Below are positions 1 through 8,406 of a DNA stretch of 43,843 nucleotides, in pieces. Made by a program: the position numbers and the translations under genes. Each line of letters opens with the position of its first letter. Within the stretch, counting starts at the first letter, position 1. Below the pieces are notes generated by a model. The model worked only from the letters and a program-made list of their open reading frames with translations. It ran no database searches and was not told the DNA's origin. The DNA is taken from the NCBI GenBank assembly GCA_016179955.1, contig JACPCD010000016.1:24206-68048 (forward strand), written 5' to 3'. This DNA comes from Candidatus Woesearchaeota archaeon (GTDB taxonomy: Archaea; Nanobdellota; Nanobdellia; Woesearchaeales; GW2011-AR9).

Positions 1-723
1 CCCTACCTGCTGAACCGTGCTGCTCTGGAAGGCGGTGTAAACCTGACAGAATTCCAAGACACCATTTACAAGATTGAAGGTGAGGATTTATACTTAATCG
101 GAACTTCGGAGCATCCACTGGTAGCGCTCAAGAAAGACCAGGTCTTGGATGAAAAGACACTACCGTTACGCATCTGCGGAATAAGCGCTTGTTTCCGCAA
201 GGAATTGGGTGCGCATGGCCGAGACACTAAAGGAATTTTTCGCGTACACCAGTTCCACAAAGTCGAACAAATTGTCTACTGTAAGCCGGAAGATTCTGAA
301 CATTTCTTCAAAGAAATCCAGACCAATTCTGAAGCCCTGTTCAAAGAATTAGGTATTCCGTTCCGAGTGGTACAGATTTGCGCCGGAGATCTGGGAAATA
401 AACAAGCAGTGCAATTTGACATTGAAGCCTGGTTCCCCGGCCAGAACGAGAAAAAAGGGAGGTATCGGGAAGTGACGTCCTGCAGCAACTGCACCGATTA
501 TCAGTCAACCACATTAAACACTAAATTCATGCGAGCGGATGGCACGAAAGAATATGTTCATATCCTTAATAATACTGCACTCACCGATACCCGGCCGATC
601 ATCGCCATTTTAGAAAATTTCCAGACCAAACAGGGAACAGTAAAGATCCCCAAAGTATTGTGGCCGTATATGAATGGTATTAAGGAGATTGGGAAGAAAA
701 AGAGCGGCAAACCTAAAAAATAA
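1..723 (+). CDS. serS: Seryl-tRNA synthetase, C-terminal part (5' truncated by window edge)
   Basis: Frame 1 is open from base 1 (PYLLNRAALEGG...LYLIGTSEHPL); class II motifs CFRKE, GIFRVHQFHKVEQ, EVTSCSNCTDYQ, HILNNTA, ILENFQ...IPKVLWPYM. Confidence 0.96.
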   Translation, partial: PYLLNRAALEGGVNLTEFQDTIYKIEGEDLYLIGTSEHPLVALKKDQVLDEKTLPLRICGISACFRKELGAHGRDTKGIFRVHQFHKVEQIVYCKPEDSEHFFKEIQTNSEALFKELGIPFRVVQICAGDLGNKQAVQFDIEAWFPGQNEKKGRYREVTSCSNCTDYQSTTLNTKFMRADGTKEYVHILNNTALTDTRPIIAILENFQTKQGTVKIPKVLWPYMNGIKEIGKKKSGKPKK

Positions 724-778
724 TAACTCTATTTTCCATTACCACAAAATATAAAAGATACCTCTTTATTGTCTCCGT

Positions 779-2035
779 ATGAATTTATCAAGACGAGACC
801 TTCTTAAAGGAAGCCTTGCCGCTGGAACACTTCTTGCTCTCGGATGCTCTCCAAAGAGAGAAAAGCCTGTTGTTAAAGAAACCCTGCTTCATGTTAGGGT
901 TATAGAAGGAAGCCGCAGAGGAGAAAGTGCGTTTAACCCGTCCGTGAGTGACGACGGTCATTTCTGTACCTATTTCGAGGGAAAGCCCCAGATCACGATG
1001 GAATCTGGAGAAGAAGGAAGTTCTACGCATTATGTAATTAACTCTTATGATACCGCAAAGCTGAAGGTCATCGATCGAATCAAAAATAGGGATAGCATGA
1101 CCTTGTCTCCTCCTCCAGGATGGACCTGGGACGCTCGAATAACACCAACGTTAACCTCGCAGTTTCTTGCCGTACCTGTTTATAAATCAATTGAACCGGG
1201 TAATTGGGATCACTATCTTCCTCGAGCAATTTTTGATCAGGATTATCGGCCGGCAGAAGGCGCTATTGCGGTGTATGATCTCGAACGAAGAGTCTTAGCC
1301 AATATTGTTCCTATGACGGAAGGTCATCAGCGCCATCGGGTACGCGAGGTGAAAAGTTCTGGAGATTACTTAGTGGCAGTAACCAAAAATGGATTAGTAG
1401 ATTCGTTCGTTGCCAACGCCATGACCTATAATTTTAGAACACAACAACTTCAACAATTTGCGGGTGGATCTGGTGGAATATGTTTACGCTATGACCGACA
1501 GGTAGACTGCTCGGGTAGTCATGTCGCATTTGCTCGAAGCGAGTTGGTCCATAATGCAGTTGAAGAACGGGACGAGCATAAAGATACACTGTGCGTCATG
1601 GATGCGCGTACCGGACAGGTCGTCAACGCACTAGAGCTCGATTCGAGCTATTTTCTGGATGATAATGCAATACCTGTAGTTAGAGTAAGCGGGGACATTC
1701 TTTTCTATGCAACGACAACACGGGAAAATGGTCGGCAGTATGGGGTTATCACTCTTGAGGATGGCATAAAACATCTGAACAGTCATTTTGTGCACGTTCT
1801 TCAACAACAAGGGCGACTGGCGCCCTATTCTGACGTTGATGTCAATCAACGAGGAAATGTATTCACGGTGAATCAATTTGAACAACGATTGCGTTTCAAT
1901 GGACAGGTAGTCATGCGGCCAGCGCGGGAAGCGTTTACTGATTTGATAGTTGCTGATGAAACGGAAACAGCAGTCTTCGGAACAAAAACCGATCAAAAAG
2001 GTGAAACAGACCAAGTGTATGTGGTTAGTTCTTAA
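779..2035 (+). CDS. Putative Tat-signal lipoprotein, beta-strand-rich (possibly beta-propeller)
   Basis: N-terminus SRRDLLK (twin-arginine consensus), then a hydrophobic stretch ending in lipobox-like LALGC; body has repeated short beta-strand motifs (AVYDLE, VMDARTG, VYVV). Confidence 0.7.
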   Translation: MNLSRRDLLKGSLAAGTLLALGCSPKREKPVVKETLLHVRVIEGSRRGESAFNPSVSDDGHFCTYFEGKPQITMESGEEGSSTHYVINSYDTAKLKVIDRIKNRDSMTLSPPPGWTWDARITPTLTSQFLAVPVYKSIEPGNWDHYLPRAIFDQDYRPAEGAIAVYDLERRVLANIVPMTEGHQRHRVREVKSSGDYLVAVTKNGLVDSFVANAMTYNFRTQQLQQFAGGSGGICLRYDRQVDCSGSHVAFARSELVHNAVEERDEHKDTLCVMDARTGQVVNALELDSSYFLDDNAIPVVRVSGDILFYATTTRENGRQYGVITLEDGIKHLNSHFVHVLQQQGRLAPYSDVDVNQRGNVFTVNQFEQRLRFNGQVVMRPAREAFTDLIVADETETAVFGTKTDQKGETDQVYVVSS

Positions 2036-2052
2036 ATAAAGCTAGTACTAAA

Positions 2053-2313
2053 ATGACAGAATTATATGACATTGTCGTGAAGTTTAATCCCTTTATTGAT
2101 GACCGACAACTATTTCGGACTATGCTCGGTTATCTGTAAGAGAATTTTCCCCGGCACTGCCAGGTCTACGGCAATTTTCAGGGAGCATTCTTTGAAGTGT
2201 GGGGAAAACCAGCAGTGGAAGCGTTCTGCCAACAGTTTCAGCACCAGTATAGTATAAAATCCATCGAGGTCAACGAATCGGCATATCGGCTGGTGCGTAG
2301 GCCGCCATTGTAG
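2053..2313 (+). pseudogene. Small ~86-codon gene interrupted by one in-frame TAA (2137-2139)
   Basis: Manual translation: MTELYDIVVKFNPFIDDRQLFRTMLGYL*ENFPRHCQVYGNFQGAFFEVWGKPAVEAFCQQFQHQYSIKSIEVNESAYRLVRRPPL*; protein-like on both sides of the stop and starts 18 nt after the upstream gene. Confidence 0.5.
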
Positions 2314-2470
2314 ATATTTCTTTCAGTGTATAGTATAATACCACTGCGGGAAGAGTATGTAAAGTTAAATTTGTGGCGGCGGCAACCCGCGCCATAATAT
2401 TCATTAGTAATGCACAACATTGTTCATTGTCAATGAAAACATTTATAAACAAGGTTACTCTGCTGCGGGT

Positions 2471-3670
2471 ATGATCCTCAAAGAAACGCTGCGGACCACG
2501 GTTACAGCACAAAAAGCAGAATTAGCCTCCCGAGACCAAGGAATCCGCCGAGAGCTGCTCTCAAAAATCAACGTAGACGTGCCTCATGCCATCATTATTT
2601 CCGGCATCCGGCGCTGCGGCAAAAGTACACTCCTGCAGCAGTTGATGAGCACACTGGGCAACTATTACTACCTTAATTTTGATGACCCGCGGATCTTTAA
2701 TTTTGAGTTAGCTGATTTCGAAAAATTAGAGGAAGTCTTCCTGGAAGAGTTTGGAAAAAAAGAAAATTATTTCTTTGACGAAATTCAAACCGTAGCCCAC
2801 TGGGAATTATGGGTGCGAAAATTACTGGATCTGGGGAAAAAGTGCATCATTACTGGTTCGAACGCATCTCTCCTCAGCCGAGAATTAGGGACAAAACTGA
2901 CCGGAAGGCATTTGACCTATGAACTATTCCCTTTTTCTTATGCCGAAATGCTACAACTTGGTTCGGCCAAGCCTGCACTAAAAACTTTTGAGAAATATAT
3001 TGAACAGGGAGGGTTCCCCGAATATCTTCAAAATCATGAGATAACTATGCTGCAGGAACTGCTTAATGATATTATTGCCAGAGATATTATCGTCCGGCAC
3101 GGCCTTAAAGAAGCAAAAACAGTCAAGGAATTGATTATCTACCTGTTGACTAATGTGGGGAAAGAATTTTCATACCATAAACTGGCAAAATATTGCCAGG
3201 TTGGTTCGGTCAACACCATCATTTCTTACATTTCTTATTTGGAAGACAGTTATCTTCTATTTACTATTCCCCGGTTTGATTACTCTTTGGGAAAACAACT
3301 GGTCAGCCCTAAAAAATCGTACAGCATTGATGTGGGGTTTGCCAGAGCTAACTCGGCCTCTTTTTCTGCTGACCGTGGACGGATTTTAGAGAATATTGCA
3401 TTCCTGCACCTGCGCCGAAAATACCCTGAAATTTATTATTACAGAGAAGAGAAAGAATGTGATTTTATAATTAAAGAACAAGGTAAAGCTACCGCTGCAA
3501 TCCAGGTGTGCACGCAGCTTAATGAAGAAAATAAAGAACGGGAAATAGAAGGATTGACAGAGGCCATGAAAAAGCTAAAAATACCCCGGGGCTTAATCCT
3601 CACCTTAAATCAGGAAGACTCCTGGGGAAATATAAGTATTACCCCTCTTTGGAAATGGTTGCGAGAATGA
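2471..3670 (+). CDS. AAA+ ATP-binding protein (AAA_14 + DUF4143 type)
   Basis: Walker A GIRRCGKS, Walker B FFDEIQ, ITGSNA, GGFPE, KKSYSIDVG, ILEN, ECDF..IQV C-terminal nuclease-like motif. Start moved to ATG 2471, downstream of the TATA-like TTTATAAA. Confidence 0.9.
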   Translation: MILKETLRTTVTAQKAELASRDQGIRRELLSKINVDVPHAIIISGIRRCGKSTLLQQLMSTLGNYYYLNFDDPRIFNFELADFEKLEEVFLEEFGKKENYFFDEIQTVAHWELWVRKLLDLGKKCIITGSNASLLSRELGTKLTGRHLTYELFPFSYAEMLQLGSAKPALKTFEKYIEQGGFPEYLQNHEITMLQELLNDIIARDIIVRHGLKEAKTVKELIIYLLTNVGKEFSYHKLAKYCQVGSVNTIISYISYLEDSYLLFTIPRFDYSLGKQLVSPKKSYSIDVGFARANSASFSADRGRILENIAFLHLRRKYPEIYYYREEKECDFIIKEQGKATAAIQVCTQLNEENKEREIEGLTEAMKKLKIPRGLILTLNQEDSWGNISITPLWKWLRE

Positions 3671-3760
3671 GACGGAAGCGATGGCCGGACCTCAGCGGAC
3701 GGGCCTAATACCTACTTCCCGCCCATAATTCTTATAAATCATTCAGCTTTCATTATAACT

Positions 3761-4822
3761 ATGCCTCTGTTCAAGGATATGCTCAAAAGCGGTGAGACAC
3801 TCTTTCGGGATACGGTCGTCTTGGGATATGATTTCCAGCCTAAACTAATCCCGTACCGGGAGCCGGAGCAGATGAAGTTCGCCACCGTAATCCGGCCCCT
3901 GCTGCAAGGCCACAACGGACGAAACTTATTTGTCTACGGGCCGCCCGGAGTCGGTAAAACGACGGCCTGCAAGCACGTGCTGCGGGAGCTGGAAGAAGAG
4001 ACTGGGAGTGTAATGCATTTCTACATCAATTGCTGGAAAGAAAATACTACTTTTAAGATTTTCTACAAGATGTGCGAAGAGTTGGGCCATCACTTTCTCC
4101 AGCAGCAGAAAACCAGTGATTTATTCTCTATCATCAAGGAAAAAGTGAACAAGTCAGCAGCAGTGTTTATTTTCGATGAAATCGACAAACTGGAAGACTT
4201 TAATTTCCTTTATACTGTGCTGGAAGATATTTACCGCAAATCCGTTATCCTCATCACTAATTACCGCGACAGCTATTCGGAATTAGATGAGCGCATCCGC
4301 AGCCGGTTAGCTCCAGAGTTTGTGTTCTTCCGCGAGTACAATGAGCAGGAAATCGCCGGCATCCTGAAACAACGGCGGGAATACGCCTTTGTGCAGGGAT
4401 GCTGGGATGAAGATGCCTTCACGGAAATAGTGGAAAAATGCACTGAAACGAATGACGTGCGTGTCGGTTTATACTTGATGCGGGAAGCCGGAACCATCGC
4501 CGAGGAGCGCAGTTCCCGGATTATCAATGGGGCTCATGTTGCTGATGCCATTACCAAAGTCAATGACTTCCACATTAAGCCGACGGAAGGATTGGATGAA
4601 GAGATGCAGCTGCTTCTTAATTTAGTGCGTGACCACAGCGGGAAGAAAATTGGCGAAGTGTATAGCACGTATATTGAAACGGGGGGAGACATGAGTTACA
4701 AAAGTTTCCACCGGCGGATCATGAAGCTGGAGGAAAACCGGTTTATTTCTACTGAAAAAGTTTCCGGGAAAGAAGGGAATTCTACCTTAGTGCATTATGC
4801 CACAAAGCTGACGGATTTTTGA
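3761..4822 (+). CDS. cdc6: Cdc6/Orc1-family AAA+ replication initiator-like protein
   Basis: P.LIPYRE, GPPGVGKT, YINCW, FIFDEID, RIRSRL, Y...EI..IL..R, DVR; C-terminal winged-helix-like region. Confidence 0.88.
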   Translation: MPLFKDMLKSGETLFRDTVVLGYDFQPKLIPYREPEQMKFATVIRPLLQGHNGRNLFVYGPPGVGKTTACKHVLRELEEETGSVMHFYINCWKENTTFKIFYKMCEELGHHFLQQQKTSDLFSIIKEKVNKSAAVFIFDEIDKLEDFNFLYTVLEDIYRKSVILITNYRDSYSELDERIRSRLAPEFVFFREYNEQEIAGILKQRREYAFVQGCWDEDAFTEIVEKCTETNDVRVGLYLMREAGTIAEERSSRIINGAHVADAITKVNDFHIKPTEGLDEEMQLLLNLVRDHSGKKIGEVYSTYIETGGDMSYKSFHRRIMKLEENRFISTEKVSGKEGNSTLVHYATKLTDF

Positions 4823-4864
4823 ATGCATCACGTCTGCCTGCCGGGTCAAGAAAAAAATCCTAAT

Positions 4865-5275
4865 TTACAACCCCAAAAACACCACCAACGCTATTACTAA
4901 TCCCATCAACGAACCTACTGCCACTTGCGCCGGCGTATGCCCCAAGGCATAGTGCAGCTCCGTCTTCAGCTTGATTTTGCGGAGAATACGATTGATGACC
5001 ATGCCTTCCTCACCCACACTGCGGCGGACATTAAACGCATCCATTAAAACGATAAACGTCAGTACCAAACTCAGGGCAAAGACGGTGGTCGTGCCCTCGT
5101 CCAGATAAATGCTCGTGGCGAGAGCTACAACGAACGCGGCATGTGTCGAGGGCATGCCTCCGGTAACTATCAAATCATGCCAATGCAAGGTCTTATGGCG
5201 AAACCAGAAAATAATCAGCTTGAGCACTTGCGCTCCAAATCCGGCGAGTAGCGTGGCCAGAATTATCTTATTCAT
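4865..5275 (-). CDS. Divergent PAP2 family membrane protein (DUF212)
   Basis: AQVLK, TGGMPSTH, V.MDA..VRR.VG, LGHTPAQV..G signature. Confidence 0.92.
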   Translation of the reverse strand: MNKIILATLLAGFGAQVLKLIIFWFRHKTLHWHDLIVTGGMPSTHAAFVVALATSIYLDEGTTTVFALSLVLTFIVLMDAFNVRRSVGEEGMVINRILRKIKLKTELHYALGHTPAQVAVGSLMGLVIALVVFLGL

Positions 5276-5332
5276 AGGAGAGGATGAAATACGTGAGATT
5301 TATATACTTTATTGCGCTTTTCGGAAACTACG

Positions 5333-5985
5333 ATGACGCACCGGCAGCGATTCATAAGCTATTTAGTTCTGGCACTGATCATTCTCGGGTTAGGAACCGC
5401 AATATTGTTCCTGCCCAACATCAAAGAATTAGCCTCGCCAGAATTCCTGCGGGAATACATACTGGGCCTCGGATGGTGGGGCTATTTTGCGTATGTCTTC
5501 ATTGCACTTTTATCAATCCCCCTCCCCATCCCCAGTACACCCGTAGCTTTAGTGGGGGGATATATTTATGGAGCGTTCGTCGGGGTGATGTTAACGATCA
5601 TCGGCACGACGCTGGGTTCGCTGCTGATGTTTTACCTGGTGCGGCAATGGGGCCGATCGCTGGTGGAGAAATTAGTTGATTCGCACCATATCCAGCATTT
5701 CCTGCACATCTTCAAGCGCCGGGGCCAGACGGCAGCATTAATTTCGTATGCCCTTCCGGTCTTTCCCGTATTCTCTTTGTCCTCATTGCCATCTTCCGCG
5801 AAAAGGTCAAGCGTTTCATGTTCAAGGAATTGAAGGAGCTGGAGCAGGAAGTGGAGCACGAAGTGGTTAAAGTAGAGGAAGAAGTGGAAGAGGAGATTCG
5901 AAAGATTGAACAGAAACCGCGGGAAGAAGTTGAGACGAAAGTCAAGAAAATAAATAGGAAACCGCGTCCACCACGCAAAAAATAA
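5333..5985 (+). pseudogene. TVP38/TMEM64 (DedA/SNARE-associated) membrane protein with apparent internal deletion and frameshift near 5768
   Basis: PIPSTPV...GGYIYG..G......GTTLGS...FYL.R motif in frame 2 up to LPVFP; a hydrophobic helix plus charged tail (ILFVLIAIFREKVKRFMFKELKELEQE...RKK*) continues in frame 1 from 5770 to TAA at 5985, abutting the convergent gene end at 5987. Confidence 0.75.
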
Positions 5986-5986
5986 T

Positions 5987-6760
5987 TTACTTCCTAAACC
6001 CAAAATCAACCATTAACGGCAGATGGTCAGAAAAATGTAATTTTAGCACTGAATATTTCTTGACTTTTATTTGCGGCGAGGTTAAAATATAGTCCAATCG
6101 GCGGGTGGGATGCCACGCTGGTTCCGTAAAGGGAATGGATTTGGCATGCAAGCTGACCACATCTTTGAGATGAGTCTTGCGCAAGAGATCCTGGATTTCC
6201 TGCAACCCATGAAAAGTATTAAAGTCGCCCATCAATATCACCGGGTTTTTGATGCGGTTGACAATATGGGTCAGCTCTTGCAGCTGTCGTGTCCTGGCGC
6301 GCCGGCCTAAGGCGAGGTGAGCCACCAGCAAGGTAACTTTCCGGGGGCAGAAGACGCTGGCTTCAATCACCATCCGTTTGGTGCCTTCGTGGAATACGTG
6401 GTATTTCACGTCCTGAAGCTTAAACTTTGATATGACGGCATTGGCCTGCTTGTTCAGAATGGGAAGATGATGAAACAATCTCAGCCAGCCTTGCAGCGGA
6501 TACTTTATTTTCTCTATGAAATCATTCAATTTTAATTTTTCTTCCAGAAAGCGGACCTCATCTTCTCGCCGGGCGCGTAGTGAGCCGGTATCGACTTCAA
6601 TTAACGCCAGGATATCGGGCTTTATTTTCCTCAGCGCCGCAACTATCTTTTGATCCAGATGCTTGGGCGGGAAAAATATCTTCCAGAATTTGAGGTATTG
6701 ATACCATTTTCCGGCGATGCCTTCGCAATATTCGATGTTGTAGGTGATGAGCTTGACCAT
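5987..6760 (-). CDS. Endonuclease/exonuclease/phosphatase (EEP) family protein
   Basis: ITYNI, PDILALIEVD, AHL, MGDFN, LDYIL, SDHLPL motifs. Confidence 0.93.
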   Translation of the reverse strand: MVKLITYNIEYCEGIAGKWYQYLKFWKIFFPPKHLDQKIVAALRKIKPDILALIEVDTGSLRARREDEVRFLEEKLKLNDFIEKIKYPLQGWLRLFHHLPILNKQANAVISKFKLQDVKYHVFHEGTKRMVIEASVFCPRKVTLLVAHLALGRRARTRQLQELTHIVNRIKNPVILMGDFNTFHGLQEIQDLLRKTHLKDVVSLHAKSIPFTEPAWHPTRRLDYILTSPQIKVKKYSVLKLHFSDHLPLMVDFGFRK

Positions 6761-6835
6761 CCAGAGAAAGAAGATTAAAGAGTATAAAAGATTATCCCTG
6801 CACTCAAAAAGTCAGAAGAACCTACTCTTTAAAAA

Positions 6836-8134
6836 TCACTTCAGTATTCCATACCCGATCAGCCGAAACCTATCGCCCACTCTCCGGGAAATGGTAATCC
6901 GGCTGCCCCGCTCGGCACAAATCGGTTTTTTAAGCACACAGGTCGTATTCTTCTTGGACGGGTCAACGACTACCCCTACCGTTGCTGCGGAATTCACGTT
7001 TAACATCAGCACTTCTCCTTTAGCCAGAGGCTTGACGTCCGTCTCCTCTTTCGTTCCCACCACCCGCTCCAATAAATAAGTGTCCAAGGCTACCTGATAA
7101 TGCACCGGGGGTAATTTTCCCGGCAGGCCAACCATGGAACCAGTTAATGAATCCGATTTGACGATGCTGGGGTCTAAAGCAGTTTCTATTGCCATACTGC
7201 CGCCAGGAGATATTTTTAAAACGGGAACCCCGCCGGAAAAGATTTGGGTGATGGTAGTGGTTAATGGCTTCCATATTTTCTTGTTCTTCTCTTCCACCAT
7301 ATAGCCAGGCAGAATATCAACAGTTTCTCCCACCGACAAAATACCCTGCTTTATGGTGCCACCAACCACACCACCTTTCAGATTAGCGGAAGTAGTGCCG
7401 GGCCGATTGACGTCAAAAGATCGTGCGACCAACATCAAGGGGTCTTTGTGAAGGTCTCGAGGGGGAGTAGGAATACTGTCCTGAATGGCCTTCAGCAGCA
7501 TGTCCACGTTGACGTTGGCTCGCGCCGAAATGGGGATGACTGGAACATCTTTATAATCGGTTCCCGCTAAGAATTCCCGAATCTGCCGGTAATTCTCCAG
7601 CGCTTCGTCATGGCTCACTAAATCAATCTTGTTCTGAATCACAATGACGTTTTTGATGCCGCAGATCTGCAACGCCACCAGATGTTCTTTGGTCTGAGGC
7701 TGAGGACATTTTTCATTGGCTGCTACTAACAGCAAGGCACCGTCAACAATGGCGGCACCGCTTAACATGGTGGCCATTAACGATTCGTGCCCGGGAGCAT
7801 CCACTAACGACATTTTCCGTTGGGGCGCAACTGCTTGATTGCACTTGCTGCATTTATCCTTGACAGTGTACCGAGCACACGGTTCACAGTACGAAATGGT
7901 AAAATCAGCATATCCCAAACGAATGGTGATGCCTTTCTTCAATTCTTCCGAATGGGTGTCGGTCCATTTGCCGCTCAGCCGTTCCGTTAAGGTAGTTTTG
8001 CCATGGTCAACGTGGCCGACTAACGCCAAGTTCAATTCCGGCTGGACGGAAAGAGTTTCAGTGGTGGAAGTGTCACTGAAAGCGGCAGCAGCAGGTGTAG
8101 TAGAATTTTCCTCAGTGCTTTTTTTGCGCGGCAT
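6836..8134 (-). CDS. eif2g: Translation initiation factor aIF2 gamma subunit
   Basis: GHVDHGKTT, DTHSEELKKGITIRLGYAD, Zn knuckle CEPC..CSKC, DAPGHE, QNKIDLV, RFRLIGYG. Confidence 0.97.
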   Translation of the reverse strand: MPRKKSTEENSTTPAAAAFSDTSTTETLSVQPELNLALVGHVDHGKTTLTERLSGKWTDTHSEELKKGITIRLGYADFTISYCEPCARYTVKDKCSKCNQAVAPQRKMSLVDAPGHESLMATMLSGAAIVDGALLLVAANEKCPQPQTKEHLVALQICGIKNVIVIQNKIDLVSHDEALENYRQIREFLAGTDYKDVPVIPISARANVNVDMLLKAIQDSIPTPPRDLHKDPLMLVARSFDVNRPGTTSANLKGGVVGGTIKQGILSVGETVDILPGYMVEEKNKKIWKPLTTTITQIFSGGVPVLKISPGGSMAIETALDPSIVKSDSLTGSMVGLPGKLPPVHYQVALDTYLLERVVGTKEETDVKPLAKGEVLMLNVNSAATVGVVVDPSKKNTTCVLKKPICAERGSRITISRRVGDRFRLIGYGILK

Positions 8135-8206
8135 TACCTTTCCTGAAAAGAGGCGTATTTATAAAAGTTTAGGGGGAAGTCGAGGGAAAGTCGTCCTATA
8201 GAAAAC

Positions 8207-8347
8207 GGCTCTGTAGAAAGTCTCGCTCGCACCCTGCCTCATTGTTTTCATTACTGCAAAAAGTAGTTGAAATGAAGTGGCAGGGCATCACTCGTCTTAC
8301 GAATAGTCGAGTGCTCGCTGGCGATATTCGCGACTTTCTACAGAGCC
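8207..8347. mobile_element. MITE (141 bp) with 16-bp perfect TIRs and 9-bp target-site duplication
   Basis: GGCTCTGTAGAAAGTC (8207-8222) and GACTTTCTACAGAGCC (8332-8347) are exact reverse complements; flanked by direct repeat ATAGAAAAC (8198-8206, 8348-8356); no ORF; internal hairpins. Confidence 0.9.
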
Positions 8348-8406
8348 ATAGAAAACAACAACTTTAAAAAACTCCCCTGCATTCTTCCCCTTAAAAGAGG
8401 AAAGAC

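Noticed and set aside
2137-2139. TAA read-through or alternative genetic code
   Set aside because: TAA terminates many clearly identified genes in this window (serS, S17e, P1, L1), so one internal TAA is better explained by mutation or error.
3671-3760. Replication origin next to cdc6
   Set aside because: The spacer is only ~90 bp, with no recognisable ORB repeats or extended AT-rich unwinding element.
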